A stretch of 53,311 nt of DNA, from NCBI GenBank assembly GCA_026025795.1, contig JAPEUG010000081.1, positions 1 through 53,311 of the forward strand, written 5' to 3'. Below the pieces are notes generated by a model that was given only the letters and a program-made list of their open reading frames with translations, made no database searches and had not been told where the DNA came from. The DNA is from Thelocarpon superellum (taxonomy: Eukaryota). Position 1 is the first letter of the stretch, and every line of letters begins with the position of its first letter. Positions 35,605 to 48,902 of this stretch are shown one piece after another. The translations under genes and the position numbers were made by a program.

Positions 35605-37714
35605 ATGGCAGGTGAGTCAACACACCTGTCGGCCGCGCGACAGACGTCCAGTGGCACGACTGACATCATATCAGCCAAACATTTCGTCGATGATCCTACC
35701 CGGCTGGTGCGCACAGCGCTGGAGGCCGCTCCTCTCATAAACCCTTCATTAGGCCTCGACGCCGAAAACAAGATCGTCTACCGACGGGCCAAGCATGCAC
35801 CACAAGTAGCTTTGGTCTCGGGCGGAGGCTCCGGCCACGAACCTAGCTTCACGGGATTTGTCGGACATGGCCTTCTGTCAGCGGCAGTGGCAGGCTCTAT
35901 CTTCGCCAGCCCCAGTGCTGCACAGGTCCGGTCGGCCCTTCTACAGCGAGTAGACGGCCGGCAGGGTATCCTGGTCATCCTCATGAACTATACCGTGAGT
36001 GATGAACTCCTGTCACACCTGAAATTCTGCGGGCGAGAGCGCAGTCTGATCTGCGACGGCGACGATAGGGTGACGTGCTCAACTTTGGCATGGCCGTGGA
36101 AAGCGCCAAAGCAAGTGGAGCGCAGGTGGAAATGGTCGTCGTCGGCGACGACGTCGGTGTCGGGCGACGCCAGGCGGGGAAGGTCGGCCGCCGAGGCATT
36201 GCAGGCACAGTGCTGGTACACAAGATCACCGGTGCGCTGGCAAGCACGGGGTAGGGCATCGCAAGAGCAGAGGACGAGTCGGACAGGCTGACCAGGCACC
36301 TCATCAGGGCCCCCCTGGACCAGGTGCGCAACATCGCGCTGCTCACATCCCAAAACTTAGTCTCCGTCGGTGCGTCCCTCGATCGGGTCCATGTGCCTGG
36401 TCGCGCCCCTTTGGAGCCTACCTCCGACGAGACGCTGGCCACTGGTGAGGTCGAAGTGGGAATGGGCATCCATAATGAACCCGGTTCCTACCGCGCCCGC
36501 CTGGACCTACATGGCCTCGTGAAGTCGATGCTCGCCCAAATTCTGGACGATGACGAGGATCGCGCCTTTCTTCGCATCACCCCGGACGATCCCGTCGTGC
36601 TCCTGCTGAACAATCTTGGCGGAGTGAGCATGCTTGAACTTGCCGGCATCACCACCGAAGTGGTAAGCCAGTTGAGATCATCATATAGCATTAAGCCTGC
36701 GAGAATTCTCTCGGGCACCTACATGACCAGTTTGAACGGCCTCGGCTTCAGCATCACGCTCCTGAAACTCGTCGACACAGGGCTCGGCAAAGGGCAACAA
36801 CTGATCGACCTCCTAGACGCCCCCGCGGAAGCCGTGGGCTGGTCCGCACCTGTTGCTCCACAAAGCTGGGGCCAGAAAGGAGACATCGAGGAAGACACCG
36901 TGATGGGCGGCATCGATGACTACTCCAAGCCCAGCGGCTTCCGCAGTGAGCATCTCCGTACCCAGTCCGAGTCGAGACGCTGACGATTACGACAGTGGAT
37001 CCAGTAGTCGCAAAGACGGCGTTGGAATCTGCTCTGAAGCGTCTGATCCATGTAGAAGCCGACATCACGCACTACGATGACGTGGTGGGCGACGGCGACT
37101 GCGGGGTTGGACTGACGCGAGGGGCTGAAGGTGCGTGCACAGTCTCGCACGGCAGGCATGTGGCTTACAATCTTAGCCGTCTTGAGCGTCATCACGGGCG
37201 ATCAGCCGCTGTCTGACGACGCGGAGGTCGAGGTCAATCGCTGGGCTCGCATCGTGGAGACGAGCATGGACGGCACATCTGGCGCCCTCTACACGTGAGT
37301 CGGTCTGGGGGGCCCAAACGAGACGTCTACCGCTGATCACTACGCAGCATCTTCCTGCATTCGCTCGCCCATTCGCTCCGCGAGGCCGGCGAGACCGGCT
37401 TGCAGATAGGGACCGCCTTCCAGTGGGCCGAAGCTCTTCACGCTAGCCTCGCCGTGCTACGCCGCTATACCCCAGCGCACCCGGGCGACCGCACCGTGGT
37501 CGATGCCTTGCAGCCTTTCATCGAGGTACTGCAGCACACGGGTGATGTGAAGCAGGCGGCCGCTGCGGCCAAAGAGGGTGCGAGGCGAACCCAGAGCATG
37601 AGACCGAGTCTAGGCAGAAGTGTCTATGTTGGCGGGGATGGCTGGCGAGACGTGCCCGATCCGGGGGCTCATGGGTTGAGCGAGTTCCTGCTGGGATTTG
37701 CAGCCGGACTGTGA
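35605..37714 (+). CDS. DAK1: Dihydroxyacetone kinase (DhaK-DhaL fusion)
   Basis: [112 protein letters not shown] and PDPGAHG. Six introns. Confidence 0.94.
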
Positions 37715-37831
37715 GTCCATTTAGATGGCTAGGCTCCCATAACATCGTCGCGAGCACTTCATCCCTGCCACTCCAACTTTGGGGATAGAGTACACGTAGC
37801 CAAGCCCAAGGAAGCGCGGTAATCTTATAAC

Positions 37832-38479
37832 TCAACTGAGCAGAACGAGAATGACCGAGTCCCCGCGCAGAAACCTGATCGAGACCAGCCATGTCAGCAA
37901 GCGTCGACGGCTCGTACCTCGTGGGAGAAGTACGGCTGGGGGCCACAAGTCACGTACATCTTACTGATAAAGCGATCTTTGTTCACCGGTCTCCCCTTCT
38001 TGCCCGACGCCAACCGCGGCGTCTCCGTCCACATCTCCTTGACATTCTCCAGCACCATGTTGCAATGGCGATCGAACGCCTTGACTCTCGCGAGCAACTT
38101 GCGGTTATTCCGACACGAGATCAGCACCTGTGTGTGCGAGCGGACGGCCGTTTGCAAGATCGAGAGAGGACCTGAGCTGAACTCGTGCTCCTCGAGTTGT
38201 GCGATCTCGTATTCCCTGCATGACGACGAGGGATGCTTAGCTCTTTGATACTTTACCACGACGAAATATTACGTGGCTCCCGTGTCTCCTTTCCCTCATG
38301 TAACCGCCCACTGTCTTTTCAGAGGGAAGCTAGATGGTCCAGCAGCAAAGTAACGTACGTGAGCTCATTTCGCGGCTTGTTGAGCAATTCCCTAGGAAGC
38401 GATTCGAGCATTAGCTATGACTCATCAAAGAGCGGGGACTCGACCAGTGAGTGACGCACGCAATCTTTGCATCAGACAT
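37832..38479 (-). CDS. SMD2: Small nuclear ribonucleoprotein Sm D2
   Basis: [79 protein letters not shown]...[21 protein letters not shown]. Confidence 0.97.
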
Positions 38480-39841
38480 GGTGGTCGGTGTGGTGGAGGT
38501 TGATGAGGGCCGTTTCAACGTGAGTTTGGAGCTCGGCGGCCCGGCGTCAGATCGATGAAAATGGAGGTTGTGGAATTTAGAGTTTCGTGTTTGGTGACTA
38601 ACCAAACAGCATTGGTGCGAAGTGCGTTGGTGCCTTGGTGCTGCGCAGACCAAACCTCTCGTGACTGGCCAGAGGCCGGGGCATTGTTCGCTCACCCAAC
38701 GCGTCACGGTCCACGCCTGGTACTATGACTGTTAGCAACAGGGCTCTCCATTTCCTTGGAGAATGCATTCTATCCGATTATCCGGAGTGTGTCGCAAGTC
38801 ACACTGACGCGCTGATCCAAATGATAGCTGCGGCAATCTGTCGTTGACGAGTGCATCCCGCGCGGATTAGCTGTAATGTAACGCGCTCTCCAAACTAACA
38901 TATCGTGCTCCCCCACCTAATTTCAAGGCAGTCCTCGCCCAGCCCAAGAGCGGCCGGAATCGAAGATGGGAATAGTTTACGCAGGTCAGGTGATGGCTAT
39001 GACACCGATCTTCGCTCAAGCCGAGTAACCGCTTCAATGCAAGTGGCACGATCAGTCCTTGTGGAGATACACAGGGTGCTCCATAGCTGTGGATGCTGTA
39101 AATTAGGGCCGTAGTTGCACCATCCGCAGCAATGAAGCACCTCGTGAAGTAAGACGAGGGCCGGGCATGATTGGCGGAGGCTTATCCTCGGTTAGGTCAT
39201 GCAAAGACATCATTGTTGCCCCCCCCTGCTAGTCGCGTCGGCGCGCCGCGAGTGGGTAAAGCACGAGTCCAAGTCACTCACGAGCGTGTTCGCGGGCGGA
39301 AGTACTTGGGGAAACATCCCCAGATGTGCAAGTCCTAACGTACCACCCCCTCCGCCTCCACATCCATGTTCACGTCCATGGCCGCTGGCACATCTATTGG
39401 TAGCGATCCTCAAGTCACGAACCCTCGGACCCGTCGTTGTCAACCAAGCTCCATCACTATCCGGACCCTCCGTTGCTCCTTCCCCGGCCGATTCACCCCG
39501 ACTCGGCTGAGCTCCCGCAACAACAGAGCTGGGCAACAAAACATATCGTGCTCTCGTCCACACCTCCACCATCTCCATCTTCCTGCTCATCGACGGTACT
39601 TCACGTCCATTCTCCACCGGCAGATCTCCTCGCCCGTCCGTCTTGATAACGCTCATCCTCCACACGTCCATTTGCTCCACGACCACCTCCCCGACCGTGG
39701 TCTCCACGTCCCTCCCAGCTTCCGCGCTCCAAACACATCTCCTCTACACGTCCATCTCCGTCACGTTCATCATCCACACATCCTCTCTCCAATCGCCACG
39801 TCATCCGCCACCACCCCCGACATGCGGTGACATTGCTCGCC

Positions 39842-42800
39842 ATGTCCTCGCCAGCGGCCTATCCTGGCTCGGTGCCCGCGTCCACTGCGGGCGCGAGTGC
39901 TGCAGCCCAGGATGGCGTGCTGGGAGACTCGCACGGGCTCTGCCTGAAACCCATGCGGCGTAAGACTCCTCACCCCTCCCAAACCCTCGATGCGAACTAG
40001 GGCTAACCTCATGACGGCCTGTCTACAGTGAAAGTGCTCTACACCTTCGACGATCAGAACAAGACCAACTGCCTGGCACGTTGGCCTCATGTCATCCAGG
40101 TCCAGACCGTCCAACTAGACGAGACGTCGACCATCGGTGTCATCGAGCTCAAGACCTGCATCCAGGCGATTGTCTCCGCAAGGTAGGTCGCTCCCCATCT
40201 GCGTTTTACGCGTGCCTCCTGCGACGCGTTGCTGAGACCAATGCTGATTGCCTTCATCGCAGTCCTGAACTCGTCGCCAAACTGGGTCAAGACTATACAG
40301 TCTACGCGTATGACTACTCCGAGTATGAAACGCCCTTGGTTGGTCAAGGCATGCTGTCGTGGGCACTGGCGTCCGCGTCACCTACCCCCGGAGCCCCCGC
40401 TCATCAATCGCGTACGATGATCACCGGTCGTGTCTGCAAGAACATCCTCGGACTATTCAGCAACGGCGTCAAAGAGACCTTGGAGGTCAAGCTTCGCCTC
40501 GTGGCCGTTCCCACGTGCCTTCAGAGCGATTATTTAACCAGCATGGAGCGTTATCGTCAGATCAGCAAGGGCTTCCCTCAAGGCGTCGACCCGACCGATG
40601 CGAACCCGCAGCTGAGCATGGCCGACCGAATTCAGACAACGACCGTGATGCCTGAGATGCCACGTCCCAGAGACGGCGCCGGCGTCGAGCAACTGAGACA
40701 TATGCTGGAGCAAGGCCTCGCCTCCGATCATGTGACCCAGAGCGCGCCGCCTCCATCGGCGTTCGAGGCTGGCGCCATGCAAGGCCGGGTGGGGTCCATG
40801 GTGTCCAGATACGAGACCATGGAGCACGACTTCAGAGCCGAGCAGCCCTGTCGGCCGCGGTTGCATACAGTCGTCAAATCCGAGCCGTCTTCGCGACCCG
40901 CCTCACGGGATGCCCCAGACTCCTGCCGCCCCGCCTTCGTTCAGCTTGGCTACGGCGATGAGAACGTCAAACCTGCCGACGCGGAAGAAGAACGAGGTCG
41001 CAAGAGGGTCCGAGTGACGCAGACCAATTGGAGCGGTAAGTCGACCTTGGAGAGCAACGCGGAATCGCTCCGGGTCGCCGCCAGCACCGCCGCCAGCGTA
41101 CGCGTCTATCGACCCATTGCTATGAACCCTGCTATGGCGCCACGGGGTTCGCTCGAGCCTGGGCCGCGTGCCCCCACGCCCCGCCCAGAGCGTGCCGCCC
41201 CCAAACCCAGCCGGCTGCTCTATGGCGCTCAGAGCCGGCTTCGGCATGGTTCCTTTGACCAGGGCCCCGGTCACGCGCACCCATCCATCGAGTCATCCGC
41301 CACCTCACCCGACGAGGGACAGATGGGCAGCTTTGCCCAGACGCCCATCGATATCACATCCTCGCCTCCACAAGTGGAGGCTTTCTCAACGGCCGCGTCG
41401 AGCCCTGGCCTTCCCCCGCTAGCCCTTCCGACCGACTCCGGCTTCATGAGCGGCGCGATCGATGATCTGTTCGAAGAGGCAGACGACGACGAGATGCGCT
41501 TGCCAGATATAGACGACCTGGAGGCCGCGGCACATTACATCAAGCGTGACGCGAGACCCTCCGTCAAGGAGCTCACCATCGAGGAGGTGGTGCCCGGCCC
41601 GCCAGAGCTCCTACCCACGAAGATCCTTCCACGACCCGCCTCGAGTCTGAAGGTAGGATCCAAGCGGTCCCGATCGATCGCCTGTAGCGAAACGGGTGAA
41701 GTTCCAGAGGGCGCGGAGAAGCCACCCGCCTCCAAGGTACCTAGCAAGCTCGGCACCGCGGTGGTCTCAGATGCCGCTCACTCCATGAGACCCGTGGGAA
41801 CTCAAGCACCACCCTCATCGATGCGGGCGTCAAACCCCCCTGCACGACCACTGGCCCCGTCTCGGCCCATCGCACGCGCTCCGTCCGTCGGGAACGTGAC
41901 CTTGCCCTCAGTCACCAGTGACCCCATCTTTCAACCCATCGCCCCCCGCCCTGGCCCTCCCGGCGCTGGTACCGATCACGCCACGTCCGACGCCAGCGTC
42001 TACCCCACGGCCGACGCGGCACGAAAGGCGGGACCCGAACCACCCAAACTCGTGCGCAGCGGCTCCGGCATGAAGCGACGCAAGGCCATTCAAAAGCGTC
42101 TTGAGAACGCCATCGAGATGGGAGAGACCCCTCCATACTGCGGCAATTGCGGCGCGATCGAGACCCCGACGTGGCGAAAAGCGTGGGCGAAAGATGTCCC
42201 AGGCACTCTCGATCAGATTCGACCGTCGGAGGAGAGCGGCATCATCGGCGTGGTGAACATTGACCGAGCGCCTGTCCCATCCGTCACTATCCTCAAAAAG
42301 ATTGTGGCGCCGAGCGATCAGGGCTTTCACGAGGTGCAAATGTGCAATCGTACGTCCCCCTTCCCTCACCTGTCCTTCCTTCGATGAGAGTTGACTGACG
42401 CAACCGTAGCCTGTGGCCTGTGGTTACACAAATTCCGCTCCATGCGCCCATCCGAGAGGTGGAACAAGGAGCCCAAGGGGCCGGATGAGAAGAAACGCTC
42501 CCGCAAACGCAAGAACTCGACGTTGAGTGAGATCACGCCTTCGGAGGGTATCTTTTCACGTGACGTGTCGGCGGCGCCCACGACGTCCCGGCTGGGAGAT
42601 TCATTGGTCGAGGCATCGGAGGTGGCCGACGGGGCCTCGCAACCCGGCCCGGCGCGGCCGACGAAGAAACGAGCCAACAGCGTGCAGATCGAGCGTCTGC
42701 ACCGGGAGGGGGGCTGGACCGAGGACGCCGCGGCCGCGGCGTTGGCGCGGGCGATTCAGTCCAGCCCCGCGCGCCTGCTTGGTCAGGCGCAGAGTCCCAT

Positions 42801-43518
42801 CGAGCTTGATGGGCTGGGGTACACCAAGCGCAAGCTGTTCTCGTCGCCGGGAGCAGCTGCCGCCCCAGCCCATCAAGCCCGATGGGAAACGGCGCCTGCC
42901 CGGGCAGGCGCGCGGGGCGTGGAGGAGGCGGAGAAGGAGGCTCCGCCAGTGGTTCTCGCGGCGCCTCCGATGGCGGATGCGGTTCCGGGCGCATCCTGCC
43001 CGGACCCGGGCAACAAGGAGAATCTCCCCCCCATCGGGGCGGACGATCTGGAGGAGCTGTGGGCGCCTTTGGAGGCGGGAGGGCCCACCACTCCGTCCAG
43101 ATTCGCCTCGGCGGGTGGAGGGGATCTCCTATTGCCGCCGCGCACGCCCAGCACGCGTGCGCGGACTCCGCCGTCGGAGGTGCGCCCGGTAGATCCGTCG
43201 CCGTTTACGGCGCATTTGCACGCCTTGCTGTCGGGGACGGACGTCTCCCCCTCGACTCAGGCCTTCCACAATCTCCCGTCGATCGAGGAGGTCTACCAGA
43301 GCGGCGGGCGGCCTCCGGCTTCGGCCATGGGCTTCGCGGACGTTGACGTGGACCACGTCTTCCCGGTGGGGGACATCTTCTCCACGGATAACGTCATGCC
43401 GTCGTCACCCCCGGCCTTCTTCGAGTTGTACGAGGATCCCGTCGTTCCCGCCTCGGGTTTTTGGACCGAGTTCGAGATGCCGGATGGCGAAATGACGGAG
43501 GCGCCCTCCTTGCTCTAG
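39842..43518 (+). CDS. ams2: Ams2/Spt21-family GATA-type transcription factor
   Basis: N-terminal domain KPMR|LKVLYTFDDQNKTNCLARWP, SPELVAKLGQDYTVYAYDYSEYETPLVGQGMLSW and TGRVCKNILGLFSNGVKETLEVKLRL. Split zinc finger CGNCGAIETPTWRK...MCN|PCGLWL. Late KENLPP motif. Three introns. Confidence 0.88.
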
Positions 43519-44188
43519 ATGGAGGCTCCGTCATCTCGTCATCCGGTGTCGTTCGGGAACGTCGAGATGCTCGTGCGACCAAAAGGAGGTTGGGGGTGGC
43601 GACGTCATGGGGGGATCCGTGGAGGCAGTGGTCCGCCTCGATGTCCGCGGGGTCTGTGGTCGGCGTTGGGCTTCGCACGTTGTTTGGGGAGGCCTCTTCG
43701 GGCGACAGCGGGTTGGCGGAAGGTCGGAGTTTGGGAGGAGGTTCATCCCCAGCGGCAGGGCGCGCATTTGCGCCGGGCGTCATGTATATCAGTTGGGGGG
43801 GGAGCCGTGGCTTCGCGGCGCGCCTGGGCACCGCATCCAGCATCATTAGAACAGCGTAGTTTTTATGCTTAGCATAGCAGCCGCCGCCGCATCAGCATAC
43901 ACCCACTCGTTTGCTGCCTTTGCACTACTTTACCGCCTCAAGAGCTCTCGTACAGGGCTACTAGCCCTGTTTGGAGAGACAAGCTGTCTTTTGAAGATAG
44001 AGCAGAATCACTCGTTCTACGAAAACACCTGCCCTCTTTCCTTTTCGTTTCCTTGATGTATGACGGTGGTCATGTCACATTTGCCACACCTATCTGATAA
44101 GGACCATCGTGCTATTGTCAATCATTTTTCGTCTCGCTTCCGCCCTCCAGCCCTCCATCCACATTTATCCGCCATCAGACATCAGACG

Positions 44189-44776
44189 TCAGACGTCGGG
44201 GTTATAGAAAATCTCCTTGTGACGATGGGTAGCTTCGACCACAGCGGCCACGGCGTTGTAATCTGCATTAGGACAAGAACCCGGTTAGAATCGTTTTGCC
44301 CAGTGTGGGGAAAGAATCATCATCATCACGACCATCATATGTGCATTGATCGATACGAGCCATTGATGATGATGACCACTAATCATCCACATTCTCACTC
44401 TCGCTCTCACTCACCCACACTAGAACCCAAGTCCGTGGCAGCCAACACTTTGATCGTCAGGTCGGGATTGACTCGACCGACCACCTCGGCGCCATTGTCA
44501 AGCTTAAGGTGGGAGTCCTATCGCAACAATCAAATCCTCGTCAGTCCGGCAGTCCAGCCCAGCGTCCGTTCCTCATGCTCCTCGCCAGCCGGAGTGGAAC
44601 GGGAATGTCGGTCAACATACGCGGGTCAAGATGAGGGTGACGTCGCCACCACTAGCATCCAGCGTTGCTTGCTCGCCTCGCAATTGCGTGACTCGGCCCA
44701 CGATTCGAACGGTTTGGTTGGCAAAAGCTTCAAGGTAGGCGTGCGAGATGCGCGGCGTCGCGATATTCTCGCCCAT
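44189..44776 (-). CDS. RPA3: Replication protein A 14-kDa subunit (Rfa3/Ssb3)
   Basis: MGENIATPRISHAYLEAFANQTVRIVGRVTQLRGEQATLDASGGDVTLILTR|DSHLKLDNGAEVVGRVNPDLTIKVLAATDLGSSV|DYNAVAAVVEATHRHKEIFYNPDV*. Two introns. Confidence 0.93.
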
Positions 44777-44894
44777 GGCGAATTGGCGGAGTGTCGTGAC
44801 GGTAAGTAGGGCCAGTGGCAGGGAGGTCTTGCTGTTCGATAACCAATGGTTTCGCCGCGGTGTCGTCACATCGCGGGCCTACAGTCCGCGGCTG

Positions 44895-44918
44895 ACGCGT
44901 AGATCGCGAAGTCACGTG
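44895..44918. promoter_or_regulatory. MCB/SCB-like and CACGTG motif cluster upstream of RPA3
   Basis: ACGCGT at 44895-44900, CGCGAA at 44905-44910 and GTCACGTG at 44911-44918, about 120 nt upstream of the RPA3 ATG. This fits known MBF control of replication genes. Confidence 0.55.
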
Positions 44919-46827
44919 GTTGGCGGTACTTTGGTTCCGCTTCTCTGCAGGATCTCGGCAATCGGCGGCGGACGACAGAGATCGGTCAATCATGGTACAG
45001 GCTGACTGACGCCCGGTGAAGTTCGATAGCTGGCGTCCTGCACAGCTCGGCGACATCCCCGCACCTGGTCCAACGCCACCCACAGCTAGAAACCTCCGCG
45101 ACATTTACCTTGCGTCAGGAATTCCTTCTTCCAGGCTGCTCATCGGAACTTCAGACACTGTAGTGTCGCTTGGTCAGCCCTCCTTGGCTTCTCACGCCGT
45201 GAGTCTTCCCCAGCGTGAGTCGGAAAGTCCCGCAGTTTGGGTTCACGATCACGAGTATCGGAACCCAGGTACGACTGGGGGCACGGGAAGAGGTCCACAA
45301 CTCATATGCTAAGAGTAGGCCTCCATCATCCTCATCATATGGAGTGTTACCAGCAGCCGTTCGCAACCCAAGAATGTGTGGGTCACTAATGCTTATCCAA
45401 GGCAGGAAAGGACTTATGGGTGCCATCCCGTCGCTGCTATCGTGGCCGAACGGAACATGGTCGCCGAGCCTCCACTTAGCCTGACATGTGGTTGGTCATG
45501 GATGCAAACGGCAGATTGGTTCAGACAGCACGGCGCAGCCGAGATCGGTCAAGATACTGCGACCATATGGATGGCGCACGAGCTGCTGCAGCCCCGGCAT
45601 GTGTGGCGGAGGATCATCGGTCCCCACTGCATGTGTGGAAGGCCAGGAGACGAGACGTCCATGGGCAAATTGGAGTCCTTCGAATGGGAAAGTTCGAAGC
45701 GCATTCTGCCTACGAGGCCTGCCAAGGATCATCGACGATCATAACTGCGTATGGGTAAGACTAACTGCGGTGGACTGGACAAGCGATGGCGAAGATACTG
45801 CGCTAGTTGCCTTCCTGGCCTAGCTGAGCGCCGCTGAGCTTGCCGCAACGAGGAATGGGCGCGCCCGACTACGCTGCGTAGCGGCCGTCATTATTGCTGC
45901 CCCTCTTTCTCCGAACTTTCCGGTTTCCCTGCTCGCTGGTGTCATGCAGGGAGTCTCGCACTGGCACAATTCGAGCGCCAAAGACCGCAAGGGTAGCGCG
46001 GTTCGACGTTCGCATGCCCTCCGTGGCCGTCGCAAGACGCGTAGGTTCATGCCGTTCTTCGGGTCGTTCTGTTGGGAACGGTCCCCACTCTTCCGCGGAC
46101 GGGCGCCGGGGACGAGTCTGGGAGCTCGCTGATGCATATGACCAGCTCGCTTCTCTCTTCCTGTTTCCTTGTTCTCGTCGCGATCTACGTCAGAGCGCCT
46201 CCCCTCGGCTTTTCTAGCATGGTTCCCTCGGAACGACGTCACAGGCGCCCGACAGTGAAAGCGGAGTTTGCTCCGGCTGCAGTCACCGCACCATCAAATT
46301 TGGCTCCATTCGTCGCGCGAAGAGGAAATCTTTGTACTCGTACCCCTACTCGTTCGTGTAGTGAGGAGATGATAGGACGGGTGGCTCCCAGGCTGTTCAG
46401 ATCCGACCCGAGCGGGGAGAAGTGGATACAAGTACTTCGTACCTAGGAAAGCCACGCAGATGATCAGACCACCAAATCGGCTCGGCCACCCCATCGTGCA
46501 TCCCCAGAAGAACGTACAAGCGGATTCCACATGGCGCCATTATCCCTGTTCATTGCCCCCTCACTCGTCTACCAGAGCACACCTGGCACTCGTTACTGTG
46601 GCGTGAGCTGTTCGTGCTAAAGCTCCGTCTCCCGGTCGGATCCCCACGCCAATTCCCTACAAGTAGTCGTTGTGCCGCGCTGGAAGTATCACAGCCGCGG
46701 TCGCCGGATCCACCGTTCGCCACCACCGCAACCCCTCCATTCCTCGACATCAACACCTGACAACGTCGAACAAATCCGCTTTACACATTCTCACTTGTCA
46801 ACAACACGGATTGATGTGGTCGCTCCG

Positions 46828-48084
46828 ATGATGGATACCCCGAGCTTCTTCTCCGCTGCCCTGGGCGCTCAGGAGCCTAATATCTTTGACGCTTCGTTCA
46901 AGGCCGACATGTCGGGCCTCGATCGTGCCAACGACATGTCCGACGGGACCCTCACCCCAGGCAAATTCCTTCGCTCTGTCAACAATGATTCGTTCTCTCC
47001 CTTGTTCCGCTTCTCCCCTGGCCTCAGCCCTCTCCCGTTTGACCTGGCCAGCCGTGACCGAGCGACGGAGCCGTCGTCGCGTCAGATGCAATCCAGTTCA
47101 CTGCGGCTCAATGAGGTGGCAGACAGGGTATGGAGTGACGAGGCCGAGGCGACGTCGCGGCCAGAGCCTCCGATCATCCCCCAGGAGCCTTCTCCCCCAC
47201 ATTCGTCCCGCTCACCACCGCCGGCGTCGTGGGCGTATCCGATCCCCAATACTTCGACAAGTTCCGAGCGATATGAACCAACCTACGGGACGTCGGGAGC
47301 TACCGGGGCCACACGCGGGCAAATCACCCCACCCAGCGACACTACACCTCCCACGCCGGTTGACCTTGTCGAGACCTGGACGCCCGAACAAGCGCCAGGG
47401 GAAAAGAAGGACACGGCGATCTCTACATCTCCGGCATCAAAGCGAAAGCGAGGTCGGCAGGTCAATCAGCCCGAGCAGGAACCCGAGACAAGCAGCACTA
47501 AACGGCAGCGAAAGTCCAACACGAGGAGCAGGGCGGGTGGTGCGGGTGCATCGAACGAGACGTCCGCCAAAGGCGAGGACCAGAAAAGGAATCGCTTTCT
47601 TGAGCGCAATCGAGTCGCCGCGAGCAAGTGTCGGCAGAAGAAGAAGGAATGGACGGGTAACCTTGAGGCCAGGGCGCGCGAGCTGCAAAGCGAGAGGAAC
47701 CAGATTTCCGTCGTGGTCAGCTCCTTACGCAATGAGGTGGTCTGGCTGAAGGGTGAGCTGCTGAAGCACACGACGTGTGGATGCGAGCGGATCCGTCAGT
47801 ACCTGGATCAAGAAGTGGCCCATCTCGCTACCCAACCTGGTTCTCTCCCAGCCCCGTCGGCCCGGGCCTTGTTGTCCGGAACGACGTCGCCGAGCGACTC
47901 GGCCACTCGCCCCGAGAGTTTCGGTCTTCTTGCAGGCGCCCAGTCCCCGACCACCACCACGACACTTCCACCGTCGCTCGACCCGGCCGTCACTTGTCCG
48001 ATCGCGCAACCTTCGTTATCAGTGACGAAGACGGAGAGTGATCGACAACTCTATGATACCCTTTCGGCCGAGATTGCGCATTGA
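46828..48084 (+). CDS. ATF/CREB-type bZIP transcription factor (Atf21/AtfB-like)
   Basis: Intronless. KRNRFLERNRVAASKCRQKKKEWTGNLEARARELQSERNQISVVVSSLRNEVVWLKGELLKHTTCGCERIRQYL. First ATG in the frame is at 46828. Confidence 0.9.
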   Translation: MMDTPSFFSAALGAQEPNIFDASFKADMSGLDRANDMSDGTLTPGKFLRSVNNDSFSPLFRFSPGLSPLPFDLASRDRATEPSSRQMQSSSLRLNEVADRVWSDEAEATSRPEPPIIPQEPSPPHSSRSPPPASWAYPIPNTSTSSERYEPTYGTSGATGATRGQITPPSDTTPPTPVDLVETWTPEQAPGEKKDTAISTSPASKRKRGRQVNQPEQEPETSSTKRQRKSNTRSRAGGAGASNETSAKGEDQKRNRFLERNRVAASKCRQKKKEWTGNLEARARELQSERNQISVVVSSLRNEVVWLKGELLKHTTCGCERIRQYLDQEVAHLATQPGSLPAPSARALLSGTTSPSDSATRPESFGLLAGAQSPTTTTTLPPSLDPAVTCPIAQPSLSVTKTESDRQLYDTLSAEIAH

Positions 48085-48623
48085 AAAAGTCGTCCGTCCG
48101 TCCGTTCGTCCATCTCATAGTCTTCTCTCTACCTTTTTTTCGAAATCATCAGGCGATACCAGCCACGCAGAATAATGCAAGGCACCGCAAAAAGCACTAG
48201 AATGTCGATATCAATAAGCAACGCGCGAGAGTCCACGGCGAGTTCACGACGAGTGCAGCGAAAACTCGGCGACAAGAGCAATCGTCCTCAATCATCTCGA
48301 ATCTTTCTAATTCTTCCTTCATACCACGTCGTCGTCCTCATCGTGTCGGAGGATTCTTCTCTTCGCTCGCTTTGTCTATTACGAGGAATTGGAAAGGGGG
48401 GGCGAAAACGGAGAAACATCCTGGCAACAAGTCAAGATGGTTAAGCGGAGGAAGGGATAATCGGCGTTTGGGCTGGACCAGGCTAGCAAACGGAAGGCAT
48501 ACGGAAGACGGAATGAAATGAAGCAAAGGGAAATAGGACTGGAATAGGGGCAGGGGAGGGAAGGCAATAAAAGGCAACAAGGATTGTGATGTTAATGGCT
48601 GGCCGTTGGCTTATGTACTTGCG

Positions 48624-48646
48624 TGCTTGCTTGCTTGCTTGCTTGC
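48624..48646. repeat. (GCTT)n tetranucleotide microsatellite
   Basis: tgcttgcttgcttgcttgcttgc is visible directly. Confidence 0.7.
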
Positions 48647-48902
48647 TCTTGTATCTGTCTGTGCTGTTCCTGGACACCGCAGACTCCGCCACGTCTAGGT
48701 CCATACACGAGAAAGTTGAAGAAAGTTTCTTGGTCCATATCCAACCTTTCAGCTTCTAACAATGCAGGCCCCAAGAATAAGTCGTACGTGCGCCCACCTA
48801 CTGATTCGCGGGCGGGAAGAGAGAAGCCCAGGGTTGCCCACGTTGAGAAGGCAGCAGCTTTAATGGCGGGCCTCGGAGGAAAGTAGAAGAAGAAGAAGAC
48901 GC

